Origin: a virus
Lineage: Duplodnaviria; Heunggongvirae; Uroviricota; Caudoviricetes
Length of the DNA stretch: 16,707 nucleotides
Strand: one strand, 5' to 3'
IMG/VR virus record: IMGVR_UViG_2547132418_000023
The notes under the pieces are model-generated. The model made no database searches. It had not been told where the DNA came from and saw only the letters and a list, made by a program, of their open reading frames with translations. The position numbers and the translations under genes are program-made. Every line of letters starts with the position of its first letter. Positions within the stretch are counted from its first letter, which is position 1. Shown piece by piece: positions 7,791-16,125 of this stretch.

Positions 7791-7987
7791 GGTGGGATCT
7801 CCGATAAGGTTTTATTGACGGAAATGACCGGAATAATGAGCTGAATACCGGAAGGCAGTACCGGGTAAATGGCGACATGTGGATTGGCGACGATTATGCG
7901 TTCATAAGCCAGCGCATCACCGTAGTAATGCCATGCCAGATTATCCCAGCGTTCGCCGTCGGTGGTGATATGTTCAAGGTATCGCAT
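7778..7987 (-). CDS. Tail protein X (P2 gpX-like, LysM-like), about 69 aa
   Basis: The ORF-track start at 7990 is GTG; ATG at 7985-7987 overlaps the upstream stop (TGATG). Motif WDNLAWHYYGD...ANPHV...LPSGIQLIIP resembles P2 gpX. Confidence 0.75.
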   Translation of the reverse strand: MRYLEHITTDGERWDNLAWHYYGDALAYERIIVANPHVAIYPVLPSGIQLIIPVISVNKTLSEIPPWLR

Positions 7988-8940
7988 CACCAGATCCTCG
8001 TAATGGTCGCGGCAGCAAGCTGGCTCACTGTGGGAGTGGTTTGTTGTACCGTTGTTCGTGCCTGATCAACCAACGTTGCGGCTTTATCAAACGTCGCTTC
8101 GGCGATGTCGCTGGTAATGTCGTCGAAAAGCGCCTGAGCATGGTCAACCAGTGTACTGGCGTCATTGGCGCAGTCCCGGATACCTGGCATGTTACCCAGT
8201 AAAGTTTTAATCTGCGCCGACAACGCTTTTGGGAGTCCTGCCAGCGTTTGCAGATCCATTGGCTGTTTAAACAGGGTTTCGATGGCGTCGATTGTCTTTT
8301 TCAATGACGTAATTATCTTTTCACACTTTTCTTTTAACACTTTGGCCTCTTTAATCATTGCTTTCACTTTTGCCACCGTTTTTTTAATATCTTCAATGGC
8401 TTGTGTCAGTTCATCCAGCATCTCTTTGGCCTTACGCATACCTTCTTCGATGGCGTTTAATATCTGATCAAACCAGGACTCCACCATGTCGGGAAAATCG
8501 CTCGCCTTTTCCTCAATGTTAGGCTCCTGGGTGGTAATCGCCGGAGGTAAAAGTGGATTTTTAGGATCGCCGGTGTACTCCTGGAGCGACATCGTTCCGT
8601 TTTGGGCAATCACATTGCCCCAGGGATCGGTGTGCTGGTGGGTGGCGGTTAGCTCCGTAATTACAAACCAGCCGCGATAATCGCCATTGCCAAATACCAG
8701 TGCCATCGCCTTGTGAGCAAGCATGGCTTCACGCAGTCGATTAAGCTCTGTTGTGGGCTGGCAAAACTGGCTGTGCAGGGAAAATTCCAGCGCCAGCATA
8801 TCCAGCTTATCGCCAATAAACTGCACACCGGGTTTGCCTTCTATACGGGCATGTGTGGCGTAATCCACGCCCATTGTGCTTTTAAAGCCGTCCCAGAATG
8901 CGACAACCTTAAATTCAATCTCTCCTAAAACGGCATACAT
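7987..8940 (-). CDS. gpU-like tail protein with a roughly 165-aa helical C-terminal extension, 317 aa
   Basis: ATG at 8938-8940 overlaps the tape-measure stop (TGATG). N-terminal GDYRGWFVITELTATHQHTDPWGNV resembles P2 gpU (GWFVITSISRQH). The C-terminal half is K/E/A-rich and heptad-like (EEGMRKAKEMLDELTQAIEDIKKTVAKVKAMIKEAKVLKEK). Confidence 0.7.
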   Translation of the reverse strand: MYAVLGEIEFKVVAFWDGFKSTMGVDYATHARIEGKPGVQFIGDKLDMLALEFSLHSQFCQPTTELNRLREAMLAHKAMALVFGNGDYRGWFVITELTATHQHTDPWGNVIAQNGTMSLQEYTGDPKNPLLPPAITTQEPNIEEKASDFPDMVESWFDQILNAIEEGMRKAKEMLDELTQAIEDIKKTVAKVKAMIKEAKVLKEKCEKIITSLKKTIDAIETLFKQPMDLQTLAGLPKALSAQIKTLLGNMPGIRDCANDASTLVDHAQALFDDITSDIAEATFDKAATLVDQARTTVQQTTPTVSQLAAATITRIW

Positions 8941-11315
8941 CAGGCATACCCCCGGCGCTGTTGTTGCGCCATTACGTCGTTAATCATTCTTTCAAGTTCG
9001 CGTTTACTCATCGTCAACACGTTCTGAATCTCTTTAGTGGTGTTTTGTCCGTTACCCTGCACGGTAATCTGTGGCGAAAAATTCACCTGAACTTTTCCAG
9101 AGGAACGGGAAGGTAGCGTCGCCGGTTTGGTTACGGATTTACCAGGTAAAGAGGCCAATGCGGGTTTGGCGGCTGTATTTTTTGCCGCAGGTGCCGATGG
9201 CGGCGTTGTCGTTTTACTGGATGGCGCGAGTTGTTTCCCCACCGGAGGCGTTAAAATCGCACCGGCAACGCCTGGAACAACGCTCGCGGGGGAGACGGAT
9301 GCGGTATTAGTCGTGCTTGTAATAGCTGTAGCCGATCCTTCTGTACTAATACCCATCGTGGTTTTTAGCCAGTCTGGGATGACGTTTTTGACCTGATCAA
9401 TAATGCCTTTCAGAGCGGGGAAGGCATTCATTATGCCGTCGGCCAGGCTAGCCAGAAGATTGCTGCCGAACTCGCTAAAACTCGCAGGCATTTCAACACC
9501 AAACCAATTCATCACACTGGAAAAGGCGCTATAGAACAACTCCAGCGGCGACCAGTCGAGAATTAACCGACAAATTTCTGCAATGCCGCCGTCAAAGGCC
9601 GTGGTGATACGTTGCCAGATGGTAGAAAAGAACCTGGAGATAGGCTCCCAGTTGCGATAAATCAGATAAGCAGCGCCCGCAATCGCAGTGATGACCAGAC
9701 CAATGGGATTCATCAATAAAACCCTACCCAACCAGAAGACGGTCTGACCTGCCTGTTTCAGTGCGCCAATCAGGCCACGACCAAGCAGTTGCGTTAGCCA
9801 TTTTGCACCGCCACCCAATGACTTAACCGCTGATAGCATCTTACTTGCCCCGCCTGTGAGTGCCAGACTTGCCCTGACTTTCAGGAAGATATCGACCAGA
9901 CGAATAAACGGCGAGGCGATGAAGTTCGCGCCCAGTTTTAAAACATTCAGCGCGCCGTTAAACAGCCAAATCGCCCCGACGATTTTCGCAATGTTTTGCA
10001 CCAGTGCCGGGTGCTCACGTAGCCAGGCGCTGAACTGGCGAACAACCGGCGTAAGGCTTTGTGCCAGCTCGCCAATCAGCGGCATTAATTGCAAGCCAAT
10101 GCTGAGCCATAAATCATTTAACGCCAGCTGTAACGCTTTAGTCTGTTCAATGGGCGAGGCCATTTGCGCAGAAAAGTCGGCATCAATCAGATTCTTGCTG
10201 CTGGCTTGCATGGCAGAGGCTTTTAACTGGCGATATTCCTCCATATTCGCCAGCATAGGTGCCAGGAATTCCACAGTTTGCGCATCGCCGAACATTTCGC
10301 CCAGATTAAATTGCGTCACCATCGATTGCAGCGCATTGCTGCGAGCAGATAAATCTTCAATCTGCATAGTGCGTTTGAAGGTGCCGAGGATCGCCGGATT
10401 CATCTTCTCAAGCTGCATTTGCACGATATGAGTCATGGCTTCGCTAACACCCATACCGTTTTGCTGATGCTCAAGCAGAGAGCCTTGCAGATCAACGCCC
10501 TGGCTGGCGAACCAGTTATCGGTTTTTTTCGAAAAGGTGGTTTGCAGAAAGTGGTCGAAATTCTCCGCCGCCGCACTGGCGCTGGCCCCGTTTTTCATGG
10601 CGATCTGCATGATGGCGGTCAGTTCAGCCATACCTTCCAGACCCTGAGCGCCGGTTTTACCTGCAAATTTCTCTATCCACTGCGTTTGTTCGGCAACGGC
10701 AGGCCCACCGCTTTTGCTAATGCCATACATCATGTTTTGCGTGGCGTGGAAATTTTCCGGGGCAATATTCAATCGATCATGAGTCGCGAGCGCGGCATTC
10801 GCCCACGTTTCAGCACTTTCGCGCGTGGCGGTGGCAGCTTTGGCGATCTCCGGCATATAACGGTTGAGATCCTGCATCGACGACAAATTGCCTTCGATCA
10901 GCGTTTGGGCTGCGTTCTGTAAGGTGGTCTGCTGCTGGTTAAAATCCATGCTCCAGTCGCGCAGATTAAGGCTGAGCGTCTCGCGGGTTGTAGCATTCAT
11001 CCCACCTTTGGTCGCCATATTGACCATGTTGTCCTGGAACTCATATGGCAACTTCCAGTCGGGGGCTTCAACATTGAATACCTTGCTAAATTGCCCGGCA
11101 AATGTTTGGGTTTTCTCCATTAGATCAGCGCGGTTCCGGCTATTTTCCTCCAGGCGGAGAGCAGAATCGGCAAGTTGCTGCGTTAGTTTGATTACTGTCG
11201 CTTGCTGAGAAGAGAGAGCTAACAAAGTTCTGGCGTTGAGTGAGCCGTAACGGGCTATTGCCTGCGTCAACGTCTCATTACGCGCCTGAAGCTGGGTAAT
11301 AATATCGTTGGCCAA
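8940..11315 (-). CDS. Tail tape measure protein, 791 aa
   Basis: Long, mostly alpha-helical, hydrophobic central segments, Pro/Ala/Ser/Thr-rich stretch near the C-terminus, located after the chaperone gene. Start is TTG at 11313-11315 (in-frame stop at 11328-11330, no nearby ATG), preceded by AAAGAGAAA. Confidence 0.8.
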   Translation of the reverse strand: MANDIITQLQARNETLTQAIARYGSLNARTLLALSSQQATVIKLTQQLADSALRLEENSRNRADLMEKTQTFAGQFSKVFNVEAPDWKLPYEFQDNMVNMATKGGMNATTRETLSLNLRDWSMDFNQQQTTLQNAAQTLIEGNLSSMQDLNRYMPEIAKAATATRESAETWANAALATHDRLNIAPENFHATQNMMYGISKSGGPAVAEQTQWIEKFAGKTGAQGLEGMAELTAIMQIAMKNGASASAAAENFDHFLQTTFSKKTDNWFASQGVDLQGSLLEHQQNGMGVSEAMTHIVQMQLEKMNPAILGTFKRTMQIEDLSARSNALQSMVTQFNLGEMFGDAQTVEFLAPMLANMEEYRQLKASAMQASSKNLIDADFSAQMASPIEQTKALQLALNDLWLSIGLQLMPLIGELAQSLTPVVRQFSAWLREHPALVQNIAKIVGAIWLFNGALNVLKLGANFIASPFIRLVDIFLKVRASLALTGGASKMLSAVKSLGGGAKWLTQLLGRGLIGALKQAGQTVFWLGRVLLMNPIGLVITAIAGAAYLIYRNWEPISRFFSTIWQRITTAFDGGIAEICRLILDWSPLELFYSAFSSVMNWFGVEMPASFSEFGSNLLASLADGIMNAFPALKGIIDQVKNVIPDWLKTTMGISTEGSATAITSTTNTASVSPASVVPGVAGAILTPPVGKQLAPSSKTTTPPSAPAAKNTAAKPALASLPGKSVTKPATLPSRSSGKVQVNFSPQITVQGNGQNTTKEIQNVLTMSKRELERMINDVMAQQQRRGYA

Positions 11316-11416
11316 AATTGTTTCTCTTTAATTATTGATAATGGCCCACTGGTTATTTTTCTAAAAAAGGGGCTGGGAAGAAATAAACCTGGCGGGCTTT
11401 GAAGAACTCGCAGACA

Positions 11417-11822
11417 TCAGGTCTGGGAGCCATATTCGATCTTTATTTGGTCGCTGGCTTCATCCAGCCAGTTGCTAAAGTCATCTATGGTGAGCGCGTC
11501 TATCTCACTGGGTGGAAAGCGAAACCATCTCGCCAGTAGCGCCATTGCCTGCCATAGCTGGGGAGGATTCTGTAACCACGGTAAGCATGGATTGAAATCG
11601 TTTCTGCAATGCCTGGTAATCCAGCAAATCCATTTCAGCTAAATCTTCTGGCACCAGTCCGGTCATCGCCGCCATTAGCGGTTCATCCCACTCTTCGGGT
11701 TTTTCGCTGATCCGGCGCGCGTTGCGCATATCTTTTACTTTCAGGCGACGTAATTGCAGCGAGTCGATAGTATTTCCTGCTGCCGACGTAAATGGGAACT
11801 GTAAGATATAATGCTCTTTCAT
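11417..11822 (-). CDS. Putative frameshift-extended chaperone (E+E'-like) produced by a +1/-2 shift near the 3' end of the chaperone gene
   Basis: The +1 frame is open from 11638 to a TGA at 11417-11419 and encodes protein-like sequence past the chaperone stop (...WFRFPPSEIDALTIDDFSNWLDEASDQIKIEYGSQT). The -1 frame stops after 8 codons. Slip site not identified. Confidence 0.4.
11505..11822 (-). CDS. Tail assembly chaperone (P2 gpE-like), 105 aa
   Basis: ATG at 11820-11822 with AAGGA Shine-Dalgarno. Position between tube and tape measure. DLAEMDLLDYQALQKRF resembles the gpE family. Confidence 0.75.
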   Translation of the reverse strand: MKEHYILQFPFTSAAGNTIDSLQLRRLKVKDMRNARRISEKPEEWDEPLMAAMTGLVPEDLAEMDLLDYQALQKRFQSMLTVVTESSPAMAGNGATGEMVSLSTQ

Positions 11823-11848
11823 TTTGTATCCTTATTTATGTTGCGAAG

Positions 11849-11868
11849 TTCGGGGCCGTAGCCCCGAA
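11849..11868 (-). other. Intergenic RNA stem-loop between tube and chaperone genes, no U-tract
   Basis: Perfect 8-bp inverted repeat TTCGGGGC (11849-11856) / GCCCCGAA (11861-11868), loop CGTA, in the 47-nt tube-chaperone gap. Confidence 0.5.
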
Positions 11869-11872
11869 TAAT

Positions 11873-12397
11873 TTAGCCACCGATGTTATTGCGATAGGTA
11901 CTTAATTGATCCACGCCGTTAACCCGAAAAATATTCGCCATATAATCAAGTTCAAGCAGCGTTTCACCATCGACCACTTGTTTAATATAAGTACAACCAA
12001 AGGCGCTGCTGAATTCCGGGTTTTCATTCTGTTTAAATGTGCCCAAGGGATTCTTTTTAAACATCACGGTTAAATGTGTCACTAACGCTAATTGATTCGC
12101 TTTCCCCTGGGAGTTATAGCAATCAATACTGGAGCGGCACTGTAATGCTACTGCCTGCCACGGGTTTGCCGTTTTACGCATTACGTCCTGATAAAAGGAG
12201 TTCCATTTAATTTCCCCCTCCAGTTTATCGAAACCAGCCGGGAGTTCGATTTTACCGACCATACCCAGTGCTTTATGCTCTTGCATAATTAAACTGACAT
12301 CCGGCAATTTAATTTCGGTTGCACGACCTAAAAGATTATTACCATCGAGATAAATATTGGCGTTGGTAATACGGTTAATTTGAATTTTTCCAGCCAT
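11873..12397 (-). CDS. Tail tube protein (P2 FII-like), 174 aa
   Basis: ATG at 12395-12397 overlaps the sheath stop (TAATG). C-terminus CTYIKQVVDGETLLELDYMANIFRVNGVDQLSTYRNNIGG closely matches P2 FII as I recall it. Confidence 0.85.
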   Translation of the reverse strand: MAGKIQINRITNANIYLDGNNLLGRATEIKLPDVSLIMQEHKALGMVGKIELPAGFDKLEGEIKWNSFYQDVMRKTANPWQAVALQCRSSIDCYNSQGKANQLALVTHLTVMFKKNPLGTFKQNENPEFSSAFGCTYIKQVVDGETLLELDYMANIFRVNGVDQLSTYRNNIGG

Positions 12398-13821
12398 TAG
12401 CTATTGCTCTCCAGAGAGACTAAATATTCAGAAGTAATTTCAGTTTCAAACGTCAGACGTTCCAGCGGCGGCGGCGGGGTGAATTTATAGCTAAGCAATA
12501 AATGCCCGGCGCTGAGTTCAGCCGGTGAATTTCGCGCCGGATCGTACCAGCACTCAAAGCCAAGCAGTGCGCCGTCGGCAATCAGTTTTCGGCCCCAGGT
12601 ATTTACCGATTCGGTCAGCGCGTCAATAAGAGCCTGATTAATCGGCATATCAATATACTGCTGACTGAAATAACGGATTGACTCATTAATTACATCGCCT
12701 GTCCGGCGAACGTTTTCAAAGTTACGCATATGGGTCACGGTAGGCCATGCCGCTGTGCGGTTGCCCCACAAGCGCAGACCAGAACCGTAACTATTGAAAA
12801 TAGTGGTAATGCCGTTTTCGTTGAGCTGATTCACTTCGCTTTGTGGATCATCAATCATTGCAGAAAGCGAACGTTCAATACCGGTAATACCCTGAATTTC
12901 CTGGTTTGAGTTGCTCCACCAGAAACCTTTTTCGAGGTCTACTTTGGCACGTAGCCCGGCAGCGCGCGAAGAGAGTGGTTCGAGAACTTCCTGGTTAGTG
13001 ATGCCATCGTAAACTTTGACGTGTGGGTAACATAAACGCACACGATCAGAGCTGGTATTGAAGTTGATAGCCCCTTGCGAACCGCGTCCAGCCAATACCT
13101 GCTGGAATGTCGTCCCAATCGGAGCATCAATGTAGGTAAGCGCACCGAGTTTTTCCGCTTGTGCAATCAGCTCAGTAGTTACTGATTTTTGCGTACAAAA
13201 CACGGGAGCAAGCAGGATTTTGGCGTAGAAACCGTACAGGTTATAGGTGTCCTGAAGGAGTTTCATCCCCGTGCGGTCGCCTGCGGTATTTACGGCACCG
13301 ATAATATCGGCTGCGGTGACCTTTGTAGGGTCGCACCAGGAATAATAGGCGCAAACTTTCGCACCAGGAGGAATGTCGGCTCCTTTACGGGTAATTATGC
13401 CTGTTTGTTCATCTACGCTAAATGCTGCGGTGTTAAAGGTTGATGAATTTGATGAAGAGGGCTTTAGTACCACGTTACGCACATTGCGGTGAGCGAGCTT
13501 CGCCTGGTTGTTAGCGTCAAAAGTGATACTCTCATTGCTGATGTTGGAGCCATGTTTTGCCGGATCCAGCACGTTAATCACCACCACCGTACCGGCACCG
13601 TGGTCATAAATCGCCTTCAGTGCCTGTGGGATCGTAAAGTTAGCCTGAGTCGAGCCAAACTGCGCAGCATCGCTTTCAGAAAGGCATAATGTTGGTTTAT
13701 TTACCGGACCGCAGGGGGCCGTACCGATTAAAGCGATGACGGCGGATTTTACCGCTTTAACCGGACGCGGGCCGGTTTCAATTTCAATGGTTTCTACACC
13801 GTGCAGGTAATTAGCTGCCAT
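12397..13821 (-). CDS. Tail sheath protein (P2 FI-like), about 474 aa
   Basis: The ORF-track start at 13827 is TTG; ATG at 13819-13821 is preceded by GAGGA. C-terminal region (LRLWGNRTAAWP..., ECWYDP..., LSYKFTPPPPLERLTFE) matches sheath proteins. Confidence 0.9.
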   Translation of the reverse strand: MAANYLHGVETIEIETGPRPVKAVKSAVIALIGTAPCGPVNKPTLCLSESDAAQFGSTQANFTIPQALKAIYDHGAGTVVVINVLDPAKHGSNISNESITFDANNQAKLAHRNVRNVVLKPSSSNSSTFNTAAFSVDEQTGIITRKGADIPPGAKVCAYYSWCDPTKVTAADIIGAVNTAGDRTGMKLLQDTYNLYGFYAKILLAPVFCTQKSVTTELIAQAEKLGALTYIDAPIGTTFQQVLAGRGSQGAINFNTSSDRVRLCYPHVKVYDGITNQEVLEPLSSRAAGLRAKVDLEKGFWWSNSNQEIQGITGIERSLSAMIDDPQSEVNQLNENGITTIFNSYGSGLRLWGNRTAAWPTVTHMRNFENVRRTGDVINESIRYFSQQYIDMPINQALIDALTESVNTWGRKLIADGALLGFECWYDPARNSPAELSAGHLLLSYKFTPPPPLERLTFETEITSEYLVSLESNS

Positions 13822-14008
13822 GTACAATTTCCTCTACGTTATTTTGTTCTTCCTGAGTGATGACAGGAGTCAGATGATTGCGGGCAATCATGGTCATGAC
13901 CCACTCGTTGTCTTCTGGCAGATCAATTTCACTGTTCGGCCACAATAAGATTTCTTGTCCATCGGCAAGGGTGACGCCGCTTGCCGGGCCGTTGTAGATG
14001 TATTTCAT
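13811..14008 (-). CDS. Small conserved tail-module protein (Mu gp38-like), 65 aa
   Basis: ATG at 14006-14008 overlaps the upstream stop (ATGA). Position directly before the sheath, as in Mu-like phages. Family assignment from memory. Confidence 0.4.
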   Translation of the reverse strand: MKYIYNGPASGVTLADGQEILLWPNSEIDLPEDNEWVMTMIARNHLTPVITQEEQNNVEEIVHGS

Positions 14009-14460
14009 TCAGTTTCCTCGTAGTTAACTTCCGTAAGCAGGGGAAGATCCGTGCTTTCCTGTTCAGCGATAAACAGCGAGCTGGTCGCCATTTCCAGGAT
14101 GTAGCGGCAGAAACCGCCGCTCTCACCCGTATTAATTTCTTTTTCAAGCCAAAGCAGACGATCGCAATCAGGAAGCTGAAGGCCGCCCAATGCGCTGCGT
14201 ATGCAATCAAGTGCGTTTAACGCGTCACAATTTTTGTCAACAATAACGGTGGCGGTTAAGCGGAGTATTTGCTGTTGCACGATGGCATCACTGCTTTCGG
14301 GTGTGGTAAAGACAGAACCGCTATAATTAATAATCACTGCAACTTGTTGTGTCTGTGGAATATATTTCTGGGCATCCGTAGATGAAATAAATATATCCAT
14401 TTCAGGATGCCGATCACGTAATTTGACCATGACATAATTCATTGCAGATAAAATTTTCAT
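14005..14460 (-). CDS. Putative tail completion/terminator protein (Mu gp37-like), 151 aa
   Basis: ATG at 14458-14460. First gene of the tail operon after the terminator. VAVIINYSGSVF-type motif. Family assignment from memory. Confidence 0.45.
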   Translation of the reverse strand: MKILSAMNYVMVKLRDRHPEMDIFISSTDAQKYIPQTQQVAVIINYSGSVFTTPESSDAIVQQQILRLTATVIVDKNCDALNALDCIRSALGGLQLPDCDRLLWLEKEINTGESGGFCRYILEMATSSLFIAEQESTDLPLLTEVNYEETE

Positions 14461-14564
14461 ATGAGGTGTACCTTAATTACCGCTCACTTCGTTATCGTTG
14501 AGATGTATTATGAAGCAGTGAAGGTGAAGAATCTTTTAATGTGATTTAGAGAAAAAATTGAATG

Positions 14565-14601
14565 GCTATAAAAAATCCCCACACTTACGTAAAGGTGGGG
14601 A
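14565..14601 (-). terminator. Intrinsic terminator separating the lysis cassette from the tail operon
   Basis: 7-bp stem TCCCCAC (14576-14582) / GTGGGGA (14595-14601) with a partly self-complementary loop. In mRNA sense followed by UUUUUUAUAGCC, just after the 14607 stop. Confidence 0.5.
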
Positions 14602-14606
14602 TGTAT

Positions 14607-14921
14607 TTAATAACTGCCACGTTGTAACAGCTCGATTTTGCTATATAAGGCATCCAGCTTTGCTTCTAATACTGCTTGCCCACGAAGATAATCTTCTCTG
14701 CGGACATAATGCAGCGGAAGCTCGGCACGAAATTCAAGAAACTCTCTTTCCAGTTTCGACCAACTTGTTTCTGATTCCCTGCGGGCATTTTCCAGAGACT
14801 CAAAACGCTCATTAAGTCGTTTTTCAATTTGCGCTAACAGCAGTTTTCCGGCAGCAAACATTAATCCAACGAAGGAAAGCATAAGGGAGATCACTTCCCA
14901 AAAATCGATACTGAGTTTCAT
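14607..14921 (-). CDS. Membrane-anchored coiled-coil protein, possible lysis accessory (i-spanin-like), 104 aa
   Basis: ATG at 14919-14921 with GAGGGG Shine-Dalgarno. N-terminal hydrophobic helix (VISLMLSFVGLMFAAGKLLLA) then charged heptad-like sequence. Last gene of the lysis cassette. Confidence 0.5.
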   Translation of the reverse strand: MKLSIDFWEVISLMLSFVGLMFAAGKLLLAQIEKRLNERFESLENARRESETSWSKLEREFLEFRAELPLHYVRREDYLRGQAVLEAKLDALYSKIELLQRGSY

Positions 14922-14933
14922 CGGCCCCTCTGA

Positions 14934-15539
14934 TTAGTGAAGACAGCTTGCCTGTCCCCAGAGTAAATAGCGGGCAGCGTGTTGATAGAGAATCATCTTT
15001 GGATAGCGACGATTTTCTCGCCAGTTCGCGGCGCTGCGCCCGGCGTTGACTTGCTCGACATGACCAAACCAGCGAGTGGCATCTAACCCTTTGGATGCAG
15101 CCAGTTTTTTATCCCGGTTAACCCACCCCTGACCGCCGTTATAGGCGCTTAGGGTAAACGCCATACGCTGACAGTCATTTTGCGCAGAGATGTTTTTCCA
15201 CAAATGCTGGTCATATTGCACCAGCGCGCGAATCGCCCAGGTTGGGTTATACGGTTTGTTTTCACGCAATTGTGGATACAACTGGCTTATCCATGTCGCA
15301 GTAGCAGGCATAAATTGCGCCATACCTTGTGCGCCAACGGGGGAACGTACCATTGGCTGCCAGGCGGACTCCTGGTGTAATTGCCCGGCAAAGTCGGCCA
15401 CTGGGGCATTCAGCCCCCAGACTTCTCGAGCTGTACGAATTAGTTCGTTTCGCCATGCCAGAGAGGCTCGCGGCGGTTCAGAGGCGTTAAGCGGGAAAAG
15501 AACGAAAATAATCATAGACGCGATATATTTCAGCCACAT
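14934..15539 (-). CDS. Endolysin candidate: lytic transglycosylase (SLT-like) with N-terminal signal/SAR sequence, about 201 aa
   Basis: The ORF-track start at 15617 is TTG; ATG at 15537-15539 (MWLKYIASMIIFVLFPLNAS...) lies 2 nt after the holin-like stop with AGGG upstream. HQESAWQP has the catalytic Glu-Ser context; GAQGMAQFMP and AYNGG are SLT-like. Confidence 0.7.
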   Translation of the reverse strand: MWLKYIASMIIFVLFPLNASEPPRASLAWRNELIRTAREVWGLNAPVADFAGQLHQESAWQPMVRSPVGAQGMAQFMPATATWISQLYPQLRENKPYNPTWAIRALVQYDQHLWKNISAQNDCQRMAFTLSAYNGGQGWVNRDKKLAASKGLDATRWFGHVEQVNAGRSAANWRENRRYPKMILYQHAARYLLWGQASCLH

Positions 15540-15541
15540 CA

Positions 15542-15829
15542 CTATAGCCCTAAGGCGACGGAAAGACAGACGGCGGCAACGATGATGGCGCGGCGAATCA
15601 TTGCCGCCGCGCAGCAACGCGGTTCCTTCCAGGGGCTAAAAGAGTCAGGCCGTGCCCAGGGGAACAAACTGCGATCGAGCCAGTATCCCAGAACCGCGGA
15701 AAGCGAAACCAGGCTTAGTTTATAAATGACGACCGGGATCTGTGCTGAAGAGGTCCAGCCGATCACGACAAACAGCGCGACGGAAGCGACCAGCCAGCCG
15801 GAAAGCCGGGGAAAAGTGACTTTTTTCAT
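15542..15829 (-). CDS. Holin-like small membrane protein, 95 aa
   Basis: ATG at 15827-15829 with AGGAG 7 nt upstream. Two to three predicted TM helices (WLVASVALFVVIGW, LSLVSLSAVLGYWL, AIIVAAVCLSVALGL). Immediately precedes the endolysin. Confidence 0.55.
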   Translation of the reverse strand: MKKVTFPRLSGWLVASVALFVVIGWTSSAQIPVVIYKLSLVSLSAVLGYWLDRSLFPWARPDSFSPWKEPRCCAAAMIRRAIIVAAVCLSVALGL

Positions 15830-16125
15830 ACGATATCTCCTGATAAGTGAGCGTTTAGTGTCGTCAGAACCCGCCAGTGAAGAATGAAAAAAGCTTTAAT
15901 AAATAAGTTTAAAAAATAGATTCTCTATAAATGAACATGCCCGCTAATAAATCGACTCAGCAATTAAAGAGCAAACGGTGACCTGGCGAATAAGCGCGTC
16001 ATTATGCAGGGAAAAGATGATGGTGGATCGTAGGAATAGTCGATAGTTATTTGATTTTTAAAGTTTGTTTAAGAAAGTCAGCGACTGTGAGGGAAACGAT
16101 CTTTTTACACTACAGGTAAAAATAA

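Noticed and set aside
9071-11208. Several plus-strand ORFs of 79-191 aa inside the tape measure gene
   Set aside because: All are antisense to a long well-supported gene, lack ribosome-binding sites, and have low-complexity composition; they are shadow ORFs.
11500-11527. -1 frame as the chaperone frameshift frame
   Set aside because: The -1 frame reads GFAFHPVR then stops at 11500-11502, giving no meaningful extension; only the +1/-2 frame is open to 11417.
14607-14921. Embedded o-spanin (Rz1-like) gene within the coiled-coil lysis gene
   Set aside because: Translating the two alternative frames gave only a 48-aa ORF with no hydrophobic signal or lipobox and an immediately stopped frame.
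13819-15617. ORF-track 5' ends for sheath (13827), endolysin (15617), gpI (4497) and gpX (7990)
   Set aside because: These start on TTG or GTG codons; in each case an in-frame ATG a few codons downstream has better Shine-Dalgarno spacing and matches the expected coupling to the upstream stop, so the shorter coordinates were used.
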